The position numbers and the translations under genes were made by a program. Of a stretch of DNA of 64,000 nucleotides, positions 18,206 to 26,685 are shown piece after piece. The notes under the pieces were generated by a model, which had not been told where the DNA came from, searched no databases, and saw only the letters and a program-made list of their open reading frames with translations. Each line of letters starts with the position of its first letter. The first letter of the stretch is position 1. This DNA comes from a bacterium (lineage in GTDB: Bacteria; Patescibacteriota; Patescibacteriia; HK-STAS-PATE-3), in NCBI GenBank assembly GCA_043800725.1, contig JAZDMR010000015.1:4065-68064 (forward strand), given 5' to 3'.

Positions 18206-19261
18206 ATGACTGAACCAAAACATGAGATTCCAGAAGTCAATACAGATCATCCCAAGACACAACACGATCATTCTGAATCTCTGCCCGAGCTCGGACATAA
18301 TCCGTCTGAATCGTCCGTAGCTCCTCATCATGATCCGATGAAGCCTCAGTACCAGGAAGAACGCCCGCCCCATTACCACAAAGGAAGAAAACTGAGCTTT
18401 GGCCGATTTCTATTTGGCAGTTTGTTTATCCTGATTGGCTTGGCTTACCTGGCCAATTCCACGGGATTGATTGAGGTTAACTTAAATTTATGGCAACTCT
18501 GGCCACTGCTAATAATTATCTTCGGGCTGTCAATTATCTCCAGCAAGGGCTGGGTGTCTTGGGTGGTGGGCATTATTGTTACTTTGGCAGTGCTGGGTGT
18601 AGCAGCATGGATTATATTCAGCGGCACCAATACCCGATCTGTTACGACTGAGGATATTGATATTGCCAAGCCTGAATCAGTAACTCAAGCAGAGGTGACT
18701 TTTAAAACAGGCGCCGGAAGCCTGCTAATTGAGGGCGATGGTACGGAGGTTATCTCTGGAACGCATAAAACAAATGGCCCATCACTATCAACCAGCACCG
18801 AGGTTGAAGACGAAACTCAAAAGATTGGCTTAACCACTTCTGGCAGCTGGCAGGGTATTGGTAATTTAACCAACGAGTTTGATTTAAAGTTTTCCAATGA
18901 TCTTCTGTATCAATTGTCGATTGATTCAGGAGCCATGGGTATGAATTTGGATTTAAGCGAAATTCGGTTAACTCGTTTAGATATCGATACAGGTGCCTCC
19001 TCCTTAGATTTGATCCTCGGTGATAAAGTAGACCAAGCTGATGTATCAATTGAGGCCGGCGCCAGCTCGCTGGATATCACTGTGCCAAAAGAAGTAGGCG
19101 TAAAAGTTGATATTGATGCTGGTTTGTCGTCAAAGAATTTAGATGACTTGGAAAAAGTTGATGACAACACTTACCAATCCGAGGGCTATGACGAGGCTGA
19201 AAAAAAGGTTGATATTGATTTGGATATTGGCGTGTCCAGCGTGACTATTCGTTGGGATTAG
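18206..19261 (+). CDS. LiaF-like / DUF2154-DUF4097 (toastrack) membrane protein, putative envelope-stress module partner of PspC
   Basis: Two central TM helices (FLFGSLFILIGLAYL; LWPLLIIIFGLSIISS...VVGIIVTLAVLGVAAWIIF) then a beta-rich repeat C-terminus (DLS..R...LD.GA.S.LD... repeated), as in LiaF/YvlB toastrack domains. It starts 5 nt after the PspC stop. Confidence 0.45.
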   Translation: MTEPKHEIPEVNTDHPKTQHDHSESLPELGHNPSESSVAPHHDPMKPQYQEERPPHYHKGRKLSFGRFLFGSLFILIGLAYLANSTGLIEVNLNLWQLWPLLIIIFGLSIISSKGWVSWVVGIIVTLAVLGVAAWIIFSGTNTRSVTTEDIDIAKPESVTQAEVTFKTGAGSLLIEGDGTEVISGTHKTNGPSLSTSTEVEDETQKIGLTTSGSWQGIGNLTNEFDLKFSNDLLYQLSIDSGAMGMNLDLSEIRLTRLDIDTGASSLDLILGDKVDQADVSIEAGASSLDITVPKEVGVKVDIDAGLSSKNLDDLEKVDDNTYQSEGYDEAEKKVDIDLDIGVSSVTIRWD

Positions 19262-19269
19262 CCTGATTT

Positions 19270-19638
19270 ATGACTATTCATTTTGCCATTCCAACTAAAG
19301 ATTTAGATAAGTCGCGTAGTTTTTACGAAATGCTGAGTTTTCGTTATCAAGATAAGTGGGCAAAGCCAGACCAAGATTTATCAGCTTATTGGCTAGAATC
19401 AGATGAGGGTGTTCGCATTGAATTAGTGCATAAGCCTGGTTTTGAATACCAGCAACCAGAGAATATTCCTGAGCTGCTGCATTTATCTTTTCCGGTGGAA
19501 AGCCTGGCAGACGAGATTGATAAGTGGCAGGACAGGGGAGTGAGAATACTCAAGCCGATTACCAAAGGAGTGTCTGTTAAACAATTTGCTTTTATCGAAG
19601 ATCCATCCGGATTTCCAATTGAGCTGGGGGAGTATTAG
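19270..19638 (+). CDS. VOC (glyoxalase/bleomycin-resistance/dioxygenase) superfamily protein
   Basis: 122 aa, MTIHFAIPTKDLDKSRSFYEMLSF...; typical VOC size and N-terminal pattern. Confidence 0.45.
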   Translation: MTIHFAIPTKDLDKSRSFYEMLSFRYQDKWAKPDQDLSAYWLESDEGVRIELVHKPGFEYQQPENIPELLHLSFPVESLADEIDKWQDRGVRILKPITKGVSVKQFAFIEDPSGFPIELGEY

Positions 19639-19641
19639 TAT

Positions 19642-20199
19642 ATGAAAAACATCGAAGTAGAATTGACGTTTTTACTTGAAGATCACGAATCAGCTCGCGC
19701 TAAGATTAAGCAGGTCGCACAAGTTAAAGGCGAGATTCATCAAAAAGATACTTATTACACACCTAAGCACAAAAACTTTGTCCAACAAATGCCGATTTCT
19801 GATTGGTTGAGAATCCGGGAAACCGACCAAGGCGCTGACGTTGCTTTTAAGCACTGGCATAATCAGGATGATGCTCAGGCGGTGTCCTGCGATGAATTTG
19901 AAACCAAGATAGAAAATGCTAACCAGCTGAAAAAGATATTTGACCAGCTTGAAATAAGCGAGCTGATGGTGGTTGAAAAAAATAGAACAATATACCAATA
20001 TCAGGATATTGAAATAGCCCTAGATGATGCTACTGATCTGGGCTGGTTTATTGAGTTAGAGGCCAAAGGCGAATATCAATCTATTGAGCAGGCCAAAGAG
20101 CGCTTGCATTCCGTGTTAAAAGAGCTGGATATCAGAGTGGGGGAGCAGGACTTTATTGGCTATCCGTACAGACTGCTGGAGAAAAAGGGATTACTTTAA
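19642..20199 (+). CDS. CYTH-domain protein (CyaB-like class IV adenylyl cyclase / triphosphate tunnel metalloenzyme)
   Basis: 185 aa. The N-terminal IEVELTFLLED (EXEXK-like) motif and the overall size match the CYTH family. Confidence 0.5.
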   Translation: MKNIEVELTFLLEDHESARAKIKQVAQVKGEIHQKDTYYTPKHKNFVQQMPISDWLRIRETDQGADVAFKHWHNQDDAQAVSCDEFETKIENANQLKKIFDQLEISELMVVEKNRTIYQYQDIEIALDDATDLGWFIELEAKGEYQSIEQAKERLHSVLKELDIRVGEQDFIGYPYRLLEKKGLL

Positions 20200-20250
20200 A
20201 ATAGAGTATCGAAATTTCTAAGGCACAAGTATTAATCCTTCAACTCGTAG

Positions 20251-20287
20251 ATGAAGACGGCCATCTTCATATACTGGTGTTTTGAAA
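20251..20287. terminator. Weak bidirectional terminator-like hairpin (ATGAAGA-6nt-TCTTCAT) between convergent genes
   Basis: A 7-bp stem with a T-rich tract a few nt downstream on the + strand. It lies between the CYTH gene (+) and the C39-like peptidase gene (-). Confidence 0.3.
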
Positions 20288-20292
20288 TAAAA

Positions 20293-22200
20293 CTAACGCA
20301 CCACTACTCCGGAGTTGTTAAAAATATTCCAATCCTGCTCAAATCTATCAGTTGTCCAATATAAGACGCCGGCATAAGGGTCATTGAGAATGATTTTTGA
20401 AGGATTTTCCGCATTGCCGACAAAGCCGACCACGGTGCGGGCATGTTCGCCTTTCCAGGCGTAAATATATTTGCCATCCTGGGTATACCAAGAGTCTTCA
20501 TAGCCCGAGCCGTATATTCCCCAGGTGATCACCGGATTACCTTGAGCAATTTCATGAGTAAGCTGTGCTACAGTCCAGCCAGTGAATGCTTCAGCCGATC
20601 TCCACTGATCAGCAGCGCGAGCAATTGGATCCCAATAAACTCCATAACCAGTAGTGTTTTGACGGCCGCTAATATCTCCCACGTAGGCCAAGTAAGGATC
20701 GCCCCAGACATTGCCCTGATGGCTAGTCGAGTCGTAGCCGACCAGATCCATAATTTCGGTTTCGGTAACAGATATGCCCTTGTAGCTCAAGGCCATTTTT
20801 AGGGCGGCTGCTTCACATGACAAAGATTGATCCTGAAAATCTTGAGCAATAGCCAACTTAATTGTTTCCGGGGCAGTAGCAAACTTAACTTTATAATCTT
20901 GGTCAGAATCAAGTCCATAAGTACTTTTTATTCCGCTGTGAATTGTCAGCTGATAAGTATAATTGTAAGCCAGGTCGCCGCTGGGCGTAAAAATCATGGT
21001 ATTGCCATCCCAGGAAAATTCGCCTTGATGAGCAGGATCAATTTGAAACTTACTTTCAGCTGAGGCGCGGTCGACCTCTTGGTCAAAGCTGACTCGAATT
21101 GTGTTATTGATCCCCACGCCGGTCGTTCCATCCTGAGGGCTGAGATGAGAAACGCTAACCCGGCCAATCGTATTAAAACTAAAATTTATATCTTCTACTA
21201 AGTACCCGCCTTGAGCATTTTTTGTCCCTACTGGTATGGTTACCTGATATTCTGTTTCATAACTTAGGAATTCCGGGGTAAAGGTGAGAATTTTATTATT
21301 ATCCGATAAACTGATCAGGCCCTGGGTATCCGGACTGATAGATAAATTTCCCTTAATAGAAGTTTCGTCCATTGCCTGGCTAAAGGTAATGGAAATATTT
21401 TCATCAACATGAATATCATCGCCAGTCGGGCCCACCTCTTCTACTTTGGGTGGAGGCGCGGTCTTATATGAGCCTTGGTAGAGTTTCTTCGGCTCATCCT
21501 GAAATACCACCTCATGACTTTGTTTGTCTTTAACCATCCAGATACGATTTATTACTAGTTTATAGTCAGCGCCTTGAACCAAGGGTTGATTTGGCGTGAG
21601 AGTGTATTGATCCAGTGAATTATTAACTGCTTTGGTAAATTCAATCTCGGGTTCAAACAGAAATTCAAATTCAGCTAAATCCGGATTAGGTTCTGTTAAG
21701 TTAATTTTAAATGTAGTCTCGGGAGACAATCCAGTTTTTTCATCAGCCGGGATAACGCTGGAAATATCAGGGAGAGATCGAGTAGTAAAGCCATAAGTAA
21801 TGGTTTTTGAATCACTCAGGTCATAAATGCTTTTAATGTTTTCTAGCTGGACGCGATACTCTGTTTCCGGCCTTAATGATTGATTAGGCACAAAGCGAAG
21901 TGTGCGAAAAAGATGTTTGGTAATAATAGGGTCTTCATAAATCCATTCACCGTCTACCTCTGGTTCGATGGTTGCAATTAAACTGTCTCTATCTATAGGC
22001 TTGTTAAAAGAAATTACCACGCTCGAATCTAGGGCTACGTTTAAAGTTGATTTATTTGGCGATAGTTTCTCAACTTGGGGAGCAAGCATGAAGTAGTACG
22101 CAAATATTAAAAAAAGCGCCAGAGCGCAAATAATCAATAGAGATATTACTATTCTAATAATAATTCCTTTTGTTTTTATTTTCTTTTCTGGCAATTCCAT
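20293..22200 (-). CDS. Membrane-anchored protein with tandem Ig-like (Big/SbsA-like) domains and a C-terminal C39-like (BtrH/Peptidase_C39_2) cysteine peptidase domain
   Basis: N-terminal TM (IIIRIVISLLIICALALFLIFAYYF). The C-terminus has candidate catalytic Cys (QSLSCEAAALKMALSY) and His (WKGEHARTVVGFVG) in the spacing typical of C39-like domains. Confidence 0.55.
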   Translation of the reverse strand: MELPEKKIKTKGIIIRIVISLLIICALALFLIFAYYFMLAPQVEKLSPNKSTLNVALDSSVVISFNKPIDRDSLIATIEPEVDGEWIYEDPIITKHLFRTLRFVPNQSLRPETEYRVQLENIKSIYDLSDSKTITYGFTTRSLPDISSVIPADEKTGLSPETTFKINLTEPNPDLAEFEFLFEPEIEFTKAVNNSLDQYTLTPNQPLVQGADYKLVINRIWMVKDKQSHEVVFQDEPKKLYQGSYKTAPPPKVEEVGPTGDDIHVDENISITFSQAMDETSIKGNLSISPDTQGLISLSDNNKILTFTPEFLSYETEYQVTIPVGTKNAQGGYLVEDINFSFNTIGRVSVSHLSPQDGTTGVGINNTIRVSFDQEVDRASAESKFQIDPAHQGEFSWDGNTMIFTPSGDLAYNYTYQLTIHSGIKSTYGLDSDQDYKVKFATAPETIKLAIAQDFQDQSLSCEAAALKMALSYKGISVTETEIMDLVGYDSTSHQGNVWGDPYLAYVGDISGRQNTTGYGVYWDPIARAADQWRSAEAFTGWTVAQLTHEIAQGNPVITWGIYGSGYEDSWYTQDGKYIYAWKGEHARTVVGFVGNAENPSKIILNDPYAGVLYWTTDRFEQDWNIFNNSGVVVR

Positions 22201-22261
22201 ATTGCTAAGTATATTTTAGCATAAATAATCACTTTTGTCACTTATTTGCATTATAATTTTT

Positions 22262-22302
22262 AAAAGTAAAAAGCCAGCAAGTGTAGTGCTTGCTGGCTTT
22301 TG
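22262..22302. terminator. Bidirectional Rho-independent terminator (GCCAGCAAG-7nt-CTTGCTGGC flanked by an A-run and a T-run)
   Basis: A perfect 9-bp stem with TTTTGG downstream on + and TTTTTACTTTTA downstream on -. It serves the minus-strand PRTase gene ending at 22323. Confidence 0.6.
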
Positions 22303-22322
22303 GGGTTGATTTTGATTACTCA

Positions 22323-22808
22323 TCACATAACGCGACGACGAATGGTCTCCCAGAAATATTTATTCCACACGTCAGTTTTTTCGACATAGAAGTCTGGTTC
22401 ACCTTCATTGGTTGATTTCTTGTTTTTGAAGTGCAATGTAGCTACAAAGGGAATGCCACCGGCACGGTAAACTTTTTTCTTTGCAAGGGTCAAGGTGTCT
22501 CCAGTGTGCCATACTTCGTCAATTATCAAAACTCGCTTACCACGAAGTAGAGCCTCATCAGGGAATTGAAGAACCTGCGGTTGCTCCATCTTTCGATCGT
22601 TTTCATCGTACCAGCGGACCGAGAAGTAGGTTAGTTCAAAAAAATTAAGGCAGTGCGCCAACATTACGCCCAATGGTGCACCACCTCGGGAAATCAATAG
22701 CCAGATGTCGAACTTCTCATCTTTGAGCTTGTGAGCTAATCTGCCAATCAATTCCTCGGTCTCATCATATGAGAGCTCTTGTATTTGTTCTTCTGGTTGT
22801 TCGCTCAT
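22323..22808 (-). CDS. Phosphoribosyltransferase (type I PRTase) family protein
   Basis: The PRPP-binding motif VLIIDEVWHTGDTL follows the hhhhDD..tGgT pattern. Start set at the ATG with GGAGGAGG 6 nt upstream (MSEQPEE...). Confidence 0.55.
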   Translation of the reverse strand: MSEQPEEQIQELSYDETEELIGRLAHKLKDEKFDIWLLISRGGAPLGVMLAHCLNFFELTYFSVRWYDENDRKMEQPQVLQFPDEALLRGKRVLIIDEVWHTGDTLTLAKKKVYRAGGIPFVATLHFKNKKSTNEGEPDFYVEKTDVWNKYFWETIRRRVM

Positions 22809-23080
22809 ATTCATCCTCCTCCATGTCAACGAGCTAATGACAAAACTAATTAGTATTAGGTGTAGCACAAGCTAAATCATCCAGTCAAATTAGCAGCCTG
22901 TTGACAGACTGGCTGGTCAGTATTAGGCTAAAAATGTTTCTGAGTCTATTTAAGTTGTGAGGATGGGTCGATGAGGCTCCTGGCTCAGGAACACGCTATT
23001 GTCATTGCAACCTCCTTTCTTTTTATCTTTCAGTGGCCATTGCTAGGGCCAAAAATATTGACCTTTTAAAAGGAGTCGAC

Positions 23081-23182
23081 ATGCTCTGTGCTGCTGATTT
23101 ACCCGTTTTAGCTTGGGTGATTTGCTCCCCCATGTCTGATTTCCGCATGGGGGGTCGAGTGATCAATAAAGGCGAGGTTTGA
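23081..23182 (+). CDS. Candidate small protein (33 aa, MLCAADLPVLAWVICSPMSDFRMGGRVINKGEV) with a strong SD, followed directly by an intrinsic terminator
   Basis: AAAAGGAGT is followed by 5 nt and then ATG at 23081. The stop TGA is at 23180-23182. A perfect 10-bp terminator sits 15 nt downstream. The ORF is below the 60-aa cutoff of the supplied track. Confidence 0.35.
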   Translation: MLCAADLPVLAWVICSPMSDFRMGGRVINKGEV

Positions 23183-23196
23183 TCGCTCATGGATGA

Positions 23197-23232
23197 GCGC
23201 CGCTTCCTTAAAAAGAAGCGGCGCATTTTTTT
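23197..23232 (+). terminator. Rho-independent terminator (GCGCCGCTTC-8nt-GAAGCGGCGC + ATTTTTTT)
   Basis: A perfect 10-bp GC-rich stem followed by a 7-T run on the + strand. Confidence 0.75.
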
Positions 23233-23403
23233 AACCCTTTGTTTTTCTTATTATTGAGCCAAATAGGAGTATTTTAAAAATTTAAAAACCAGTTTGTTTT
23301 ATTATCCGATTTGTAAATAAATTATTATTGACTTGTTTTGTAGAAGTGATAATCTAGCCTCAAATTAAGAATAAGGGTCTTCAATCATTGACAAGGAGGT
23401 TGC

Positions 23404-23777
23404 GGGTGACGTGGAATAATTTGCTCTTTGCATTGCCGAGTATCTTATTGGGTTCCATCGGGCTAGGTATTTGGTTTTGGAAAATGATTCGTCTTGGCGC
23501 CGAAGTCTGCTTAACCACAAAGTACGAGGATCGGCGGTTCAAGTGGATGCTTTTAATCGGATTGATTTCGGCGATTTTAAGCGTGCTGCTTAATAAAATC
23601 CTTGGCCATAGTGCGGCTTCTCCATGGAGGTTTGGCGCTCTGATCTGGATAATATCCATGGTCGTCTGGTATATTCAGTGGCTGATAATGAAAAAGCGCA
23701 TGAAGCCGGCAGAGCCGATTTCGTTGAGGGGAGATGATGTTTTTCCGCCAATTGATAGGCGCCTGTCAATTCGGTAA
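23404..23777 (+). CDS. Small membrane protein, hypothetical
   Basis: Three predicted TM helices. The start is moved to the GTG 6 nt after a GGAGG RBS (the track start at 23388 would place the RBS inside the ORF). Confidence 0.35.
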
Positions 23778-23846
23778 CCCAAATAATGGCTTATCAGCCG
23801 CTGCGTAGAGGTACGTGGCGGCTTTTCTTATACCAGAGATAATAGT

Positions 23847-24458
23847 ATGATATTTAACATGAGGGGTAAAAAAGATTCATATTTAAATAAAATGCCTGGA
23901 ACTGTTGTTGGTGCCTTGATTTTGCTGTTTTTTATTATTGTTATGGGCCGTATTTTTTCTAATGAAGATACCTGGATTTGCGATGATAATATTTGGGTTA
24001 AACACGGCAATCCTACTAGTTCCCAGCCGGCTGAGCCATGTGATGCTAATGAAAATTCCAATACCAATACTGATATTGTTATAAACACCACAGCTTGCGA
24101 ACTGGTTACAGATTATCAGGAATGCCGAGATCGCCAGGATTGCCTGGCTTATGATCTGTGTAATTGTTCAACTGATTACGAGCATCAGGATAAATGCGGC
24201 GAGCAGCTAGCTGTACCGTGCTTGTGTATTATCGGAGGATTTGACCGATGCATGACTTTGGATTGTTCAGTTGATAGGATTGAGATATCAGAATACTATG
24301 AAAATCTGCGTGACCAGTGTGATGATAACTGCTGTCATTCTTCCGTGGATCGCATGGAGGAGGGGAATCACAAACTCAAACCAGTGGATGAAGACTGTCC
24401 CGCAGGTATGACGATTGAAGGTTTACGTTGCATCACTAGTTATAATTGGTGCCAATAA
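23847..24458 (+). CDS. Cys-rich secreted/membrane-anchored hypothetical protein (about 20 Cys in the mature part)
   Basis: Signal anchor (VVGALILLFFIIVMGRIF) then a Cys-dense domain. No family recognised. Confidence 0.35.
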   Translation: MIFNMRGKKDSYLNKMPGTVVGALILLFFIIVMGRIFSNEDTWICDDNIWVKHGNPTSSQPAEPCDANENSNTNTDIVINTTACELVTDYQECRDRQDCLAYDLCNCSTDYEHQDKCGEQLAVPCLCIIGGFDRCMTLDCSVDRIEISEYYENLRDQCDDNCCHSSVDRMEEGNHKLKPVDEDCPAGMTIEGLRCITSYNWCQ

Positions 24459-24762
24459 AAAAAGACCCCGCAGCATTCAAGTCCTAAGAGACCTTCCGGC
24501 TCTTTGGGTTACTTGGGCTGCGGGGTGAGGCTACCATATCCGCTTCTCTCGAGGCGAGTGTCTCCTTAACTACTCCCTAGAGAGTAGCCAGTCTTGCTCA
24601 ATCACGATTGATTAGCCATAGGCGATCAATATCATGAAAATGGGGAGAAGCCGGGTCTGAAATACTATCCTCACTTGCCTCAACCAATAAGGATATTTCA
24701 GAGCTCTCTTGTCATTGACATAGAGCCCATTTTTGCAAGGTGGTGCAGGTTAAGGAGGTCGC
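24457..24762 (-). ncRNA. Candidate minus-strand non-coding transcript: a long GNRA-capped hairpin + U-run terminator at 24457-24525, with a possible TTGACT-17-TAGGTT promoter at 24769-24797
   Basis: On the minus strand, CCCCGCAGC...AAGAG-CC-GGAA-GG-U-CUCUU...GCUGCGGGG is followed by UCUUUUUUU. There is no T-run on the + side, so it is not the terminator of the upstream + gene. About 390 nt here have no ORF on either strand. The identity of the RNA is unknown. Confidence 0.3.
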
Positions 24763-24855
24763 AAAAGAAACCTAGCCAGATATCTAATAAAAGTCAAGAA
24801 GTATTTTTTAAAATAGACAAATATTATTAAGTATTATTAGTACTGTTCAAGTACA

Positions 24856-24883
24856 TTGACAGTAGTCATTATTATGATAAGGT
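24856..24883 (+). promoter_or_regulatory. Putative promoter TTGACA-16-TAAGGT for the 24931 gene
   Basis: A perfect -35 with a weak -10, about 45 nt upstream of the SD-led ATG at 24931. Confidence 0.3.
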
Positions 24884-24930
24884 TGCTTGTCAATGTTTTT
24901 TCCAAAGTGAGCAATCAGAAGGGGGGTAGC

Positions 24931-25665
24931 ATGCCAAAAATCGCGAAAATTCTAGGCAGTGCAGCAATTCAAATTCTGTATTGCTTGCCGATTCCGGGAT
25001 TGACGCTGAAATTAGCAGCAGTAATTAGGCGTCAATATCCTATTACGGATGACAATGATTGTATTTTTATCCAGGCGTTTGGTCGAAACACCTGGAGCGA
25101 TGCAGAACTGAACAAGAAGATCAGAATACTCCGTCAGCGAGCAGGCTACGATAATGTCAGGATGATGGAAGAACTATCAATACTTTCATTCGACCCTGGT
25201 GACTCCAATCGATCGCTGGCATCTGTCGCACTTGGTCTTTGTCAAAAGCATAAGATTCCCATTATTGCTCAGTGGGAGATTGGCTACGCTCTTTATAAAG
25301 AAAATCCTCAAGCATATCAACGCCTGTTTACTACCGGTCACATACACGTACTCTGGCCTCGCGGTAAATACTATCCAACTTGGGAGGTCAAAAAGGACGC
25401 CATAGTAATTGCACATTCTATTGGGAGTTCGCGGCCGATTGAACTGGCCCATCCTGACATGATAGTCCGTGCAACAGCTATTATATGGAAACTGGGTCTG
25501 GCGCCAAGTTTGTGTCTAGCCGCGATCCCGTATGATTCGCGTTCGGTACAAAAATGGACGAGAAGCTGGCAAAATTGGTGGCTGCGAAATGCCTTGAGCC
25601 ACCCTCACCATGCATGTAAAGGCTGGGTGAGCCTTATACCGCCTAAAACCACCTCCTCTGAATAA
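24931..25665 (+). CDS. Hypothetical protein (244 aa)
   Basis: Start moved to the ATG preceded by GAAGGGGGG (the track start at 24856 lies in the promoter). No family recognised. Confidence 0.4.
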   Translation: MPKIAKILGSAAIQILYCLPIPGLTLKLAAVIRRQYPITDDNDCIFIQAFGRNTWSDAELNKKIRILRQRAGYDNVRMMEELSILSFDPGDSNRSLASVALGLCQKHKIPIIAQWEIGYALYKENPQAYQRLFTTGHIHVLWPRGKYYPTWEVKKDAIVIAHSIGSSRPIELAHPDMIVRATAIIWKLGLAPSLCLAAIPYDSRSVQKWTRSWQNWWLRNALSHPHHACKGWVSLIPPKTTSSE

Positions 25666-25757
25666 GTGATTCAGGGGAGGTTTTTTCAAATACTAATTTC
25701 ATTTCAAAAGATTTCGCCCAGATAAAAATGCATTAAAACTTGTGATATAATAGCTTC

Positions 25758-26225
25758 ATGCGAGCTACTATTCAGAGAGTCAGCCAAGCCAGAGTAGATG
25801 TTGGCGATAAGACAATCAGCTCTATTAATCAGGGCTTGGTTGTGCTATTTGGCGTGGGCCAGGATGATACTGAACAAGACCTTGATTGGCTAATCAAAAA
25901 GCTGATTGAGCTTCGAATTTTCAGTGATGATCAGGGTAAAATGAATTTATCCATTATCGAAGCAAAAGGCGAAATGTTATTAATTTCGCAGTTTACGTTG
26001 TTTGCGAATTGCAATAACGGACGCCGGCCCAGCTTTATCCAGGCAGCTGAACCAGAGTTAGCCAGGAAGATGTATGAATTAGCACTTAAGAAAATTGCTG
26101 ATCAAGGAATTAAAATTGTCACCGGGCAATTTGGCACTTATATGAATGTTCACCTGGTAAACGATGGGCCGGTTACTATTAATCTGGATTCCCAAAACAG
26201 CCCTGCTTTAAAAAACCAAGATTAA
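25758..26225 (+). CDS. dtd: D-aminoacyl-tRNA deacylase
   Basis: Full-length match to the Dtd pattern: MRATIQRV...GLVVLFGVGQDD...SQFTLFAN...RPSF...NDGPVTINLDS (SQFTL and NDGPVT motifs). Confidence 0.85.
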   Translation: MRATIQRVSQARVDVGDKTISSINQGLVVLFGVGQDDTEQDLDWLIKKLIELRIFSDDQGKMNLSIIEAKGEMLLISQFTLFANCNNGRRPSFIQAAEPELARKMYELALKKIADQGIKIVTGQFGTYMNVHLVNDGPVTINLDSQNSPALKNQD

Positions 26226-26244
26226 TTTGATATACTGCTGATAT

Positions 26245-26685
26245 ATGATTTTACGTTCTATTATGGCTTTAATTCTAATTGGTTCCCTGAGCTTAGTCGG
26301 GGCCGGCTGTTTTATAAAAAGCGCGCCGGAGGAATTATCCAATCAAGCTGAAGAATTAGCCACCACAACTTTTCATGCAGGGGAGCGGATCAGTTTAAAA
26401 GAAAGCGAAGTATTAATATCCTCTGATGAAAGCGTTAGGATTACCCTGGCCAGGATTTTTTACTTGCCGTGCAAGCAAGCGGGTTTGTGCAAGTGGAGCG
26501 GTTTGGCAGCTTCGTTTGATGTAATAGAGTCAGACACGGACGCTCGCGTGAATTTAACCATTGACCAGCCGGAAATCAGAGTGGGCGCTTATAATATGAA
26601 ACTGACCCATGTCAATGAGTATGCCGTGGATTTAATTTTTACTGAGGTGGCCCCGATTATTGTCAATCAGGATAATGACATCTAA
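26245..26685 (+). CDS. Secreted hypothetical protein (signal peptide / lipoprotein-like)
   Basis: The N-terminus ILIGSLSLVGAGCF resembles a lipobox. No family recognised. Confidence 0.35.
   Translation: MILRSIMALILIGSLSLVGAGCFIKSAPEELSNQAEELATTTFHAGERISLKESEVLISSDESVRITLARIFYLPCKQAGLCKWSGLAASFDVIESDTDARVNLTIDQPEIRVGAYNMKLTHVNEYAVDLIFTEVAPIIVNQDNDI

Noticed and set aside
23023-23226. A 67-aa minus-strand ORF
   Set aside because: It overlaps the SD-led + strand small ORF and the + strand terminator stem. There is no RBS and the composition is implausible.
24457-24800. RNase P RNA or SRP RNA assignment for the ncRNA candidate
   Set aside because: A P4-like CAGA.CCCGGCUU string exists, but no matching P4 5' strand (GGAAAGUCCGGGCUCC-like) is found. 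The spacing to the 3' end is too long for RNase P. The GGAA-capped hairpin lacks the SRP domain IV GAAGCAG-type internal-loop motif. It is left as an unassigned ncRNA candidate.
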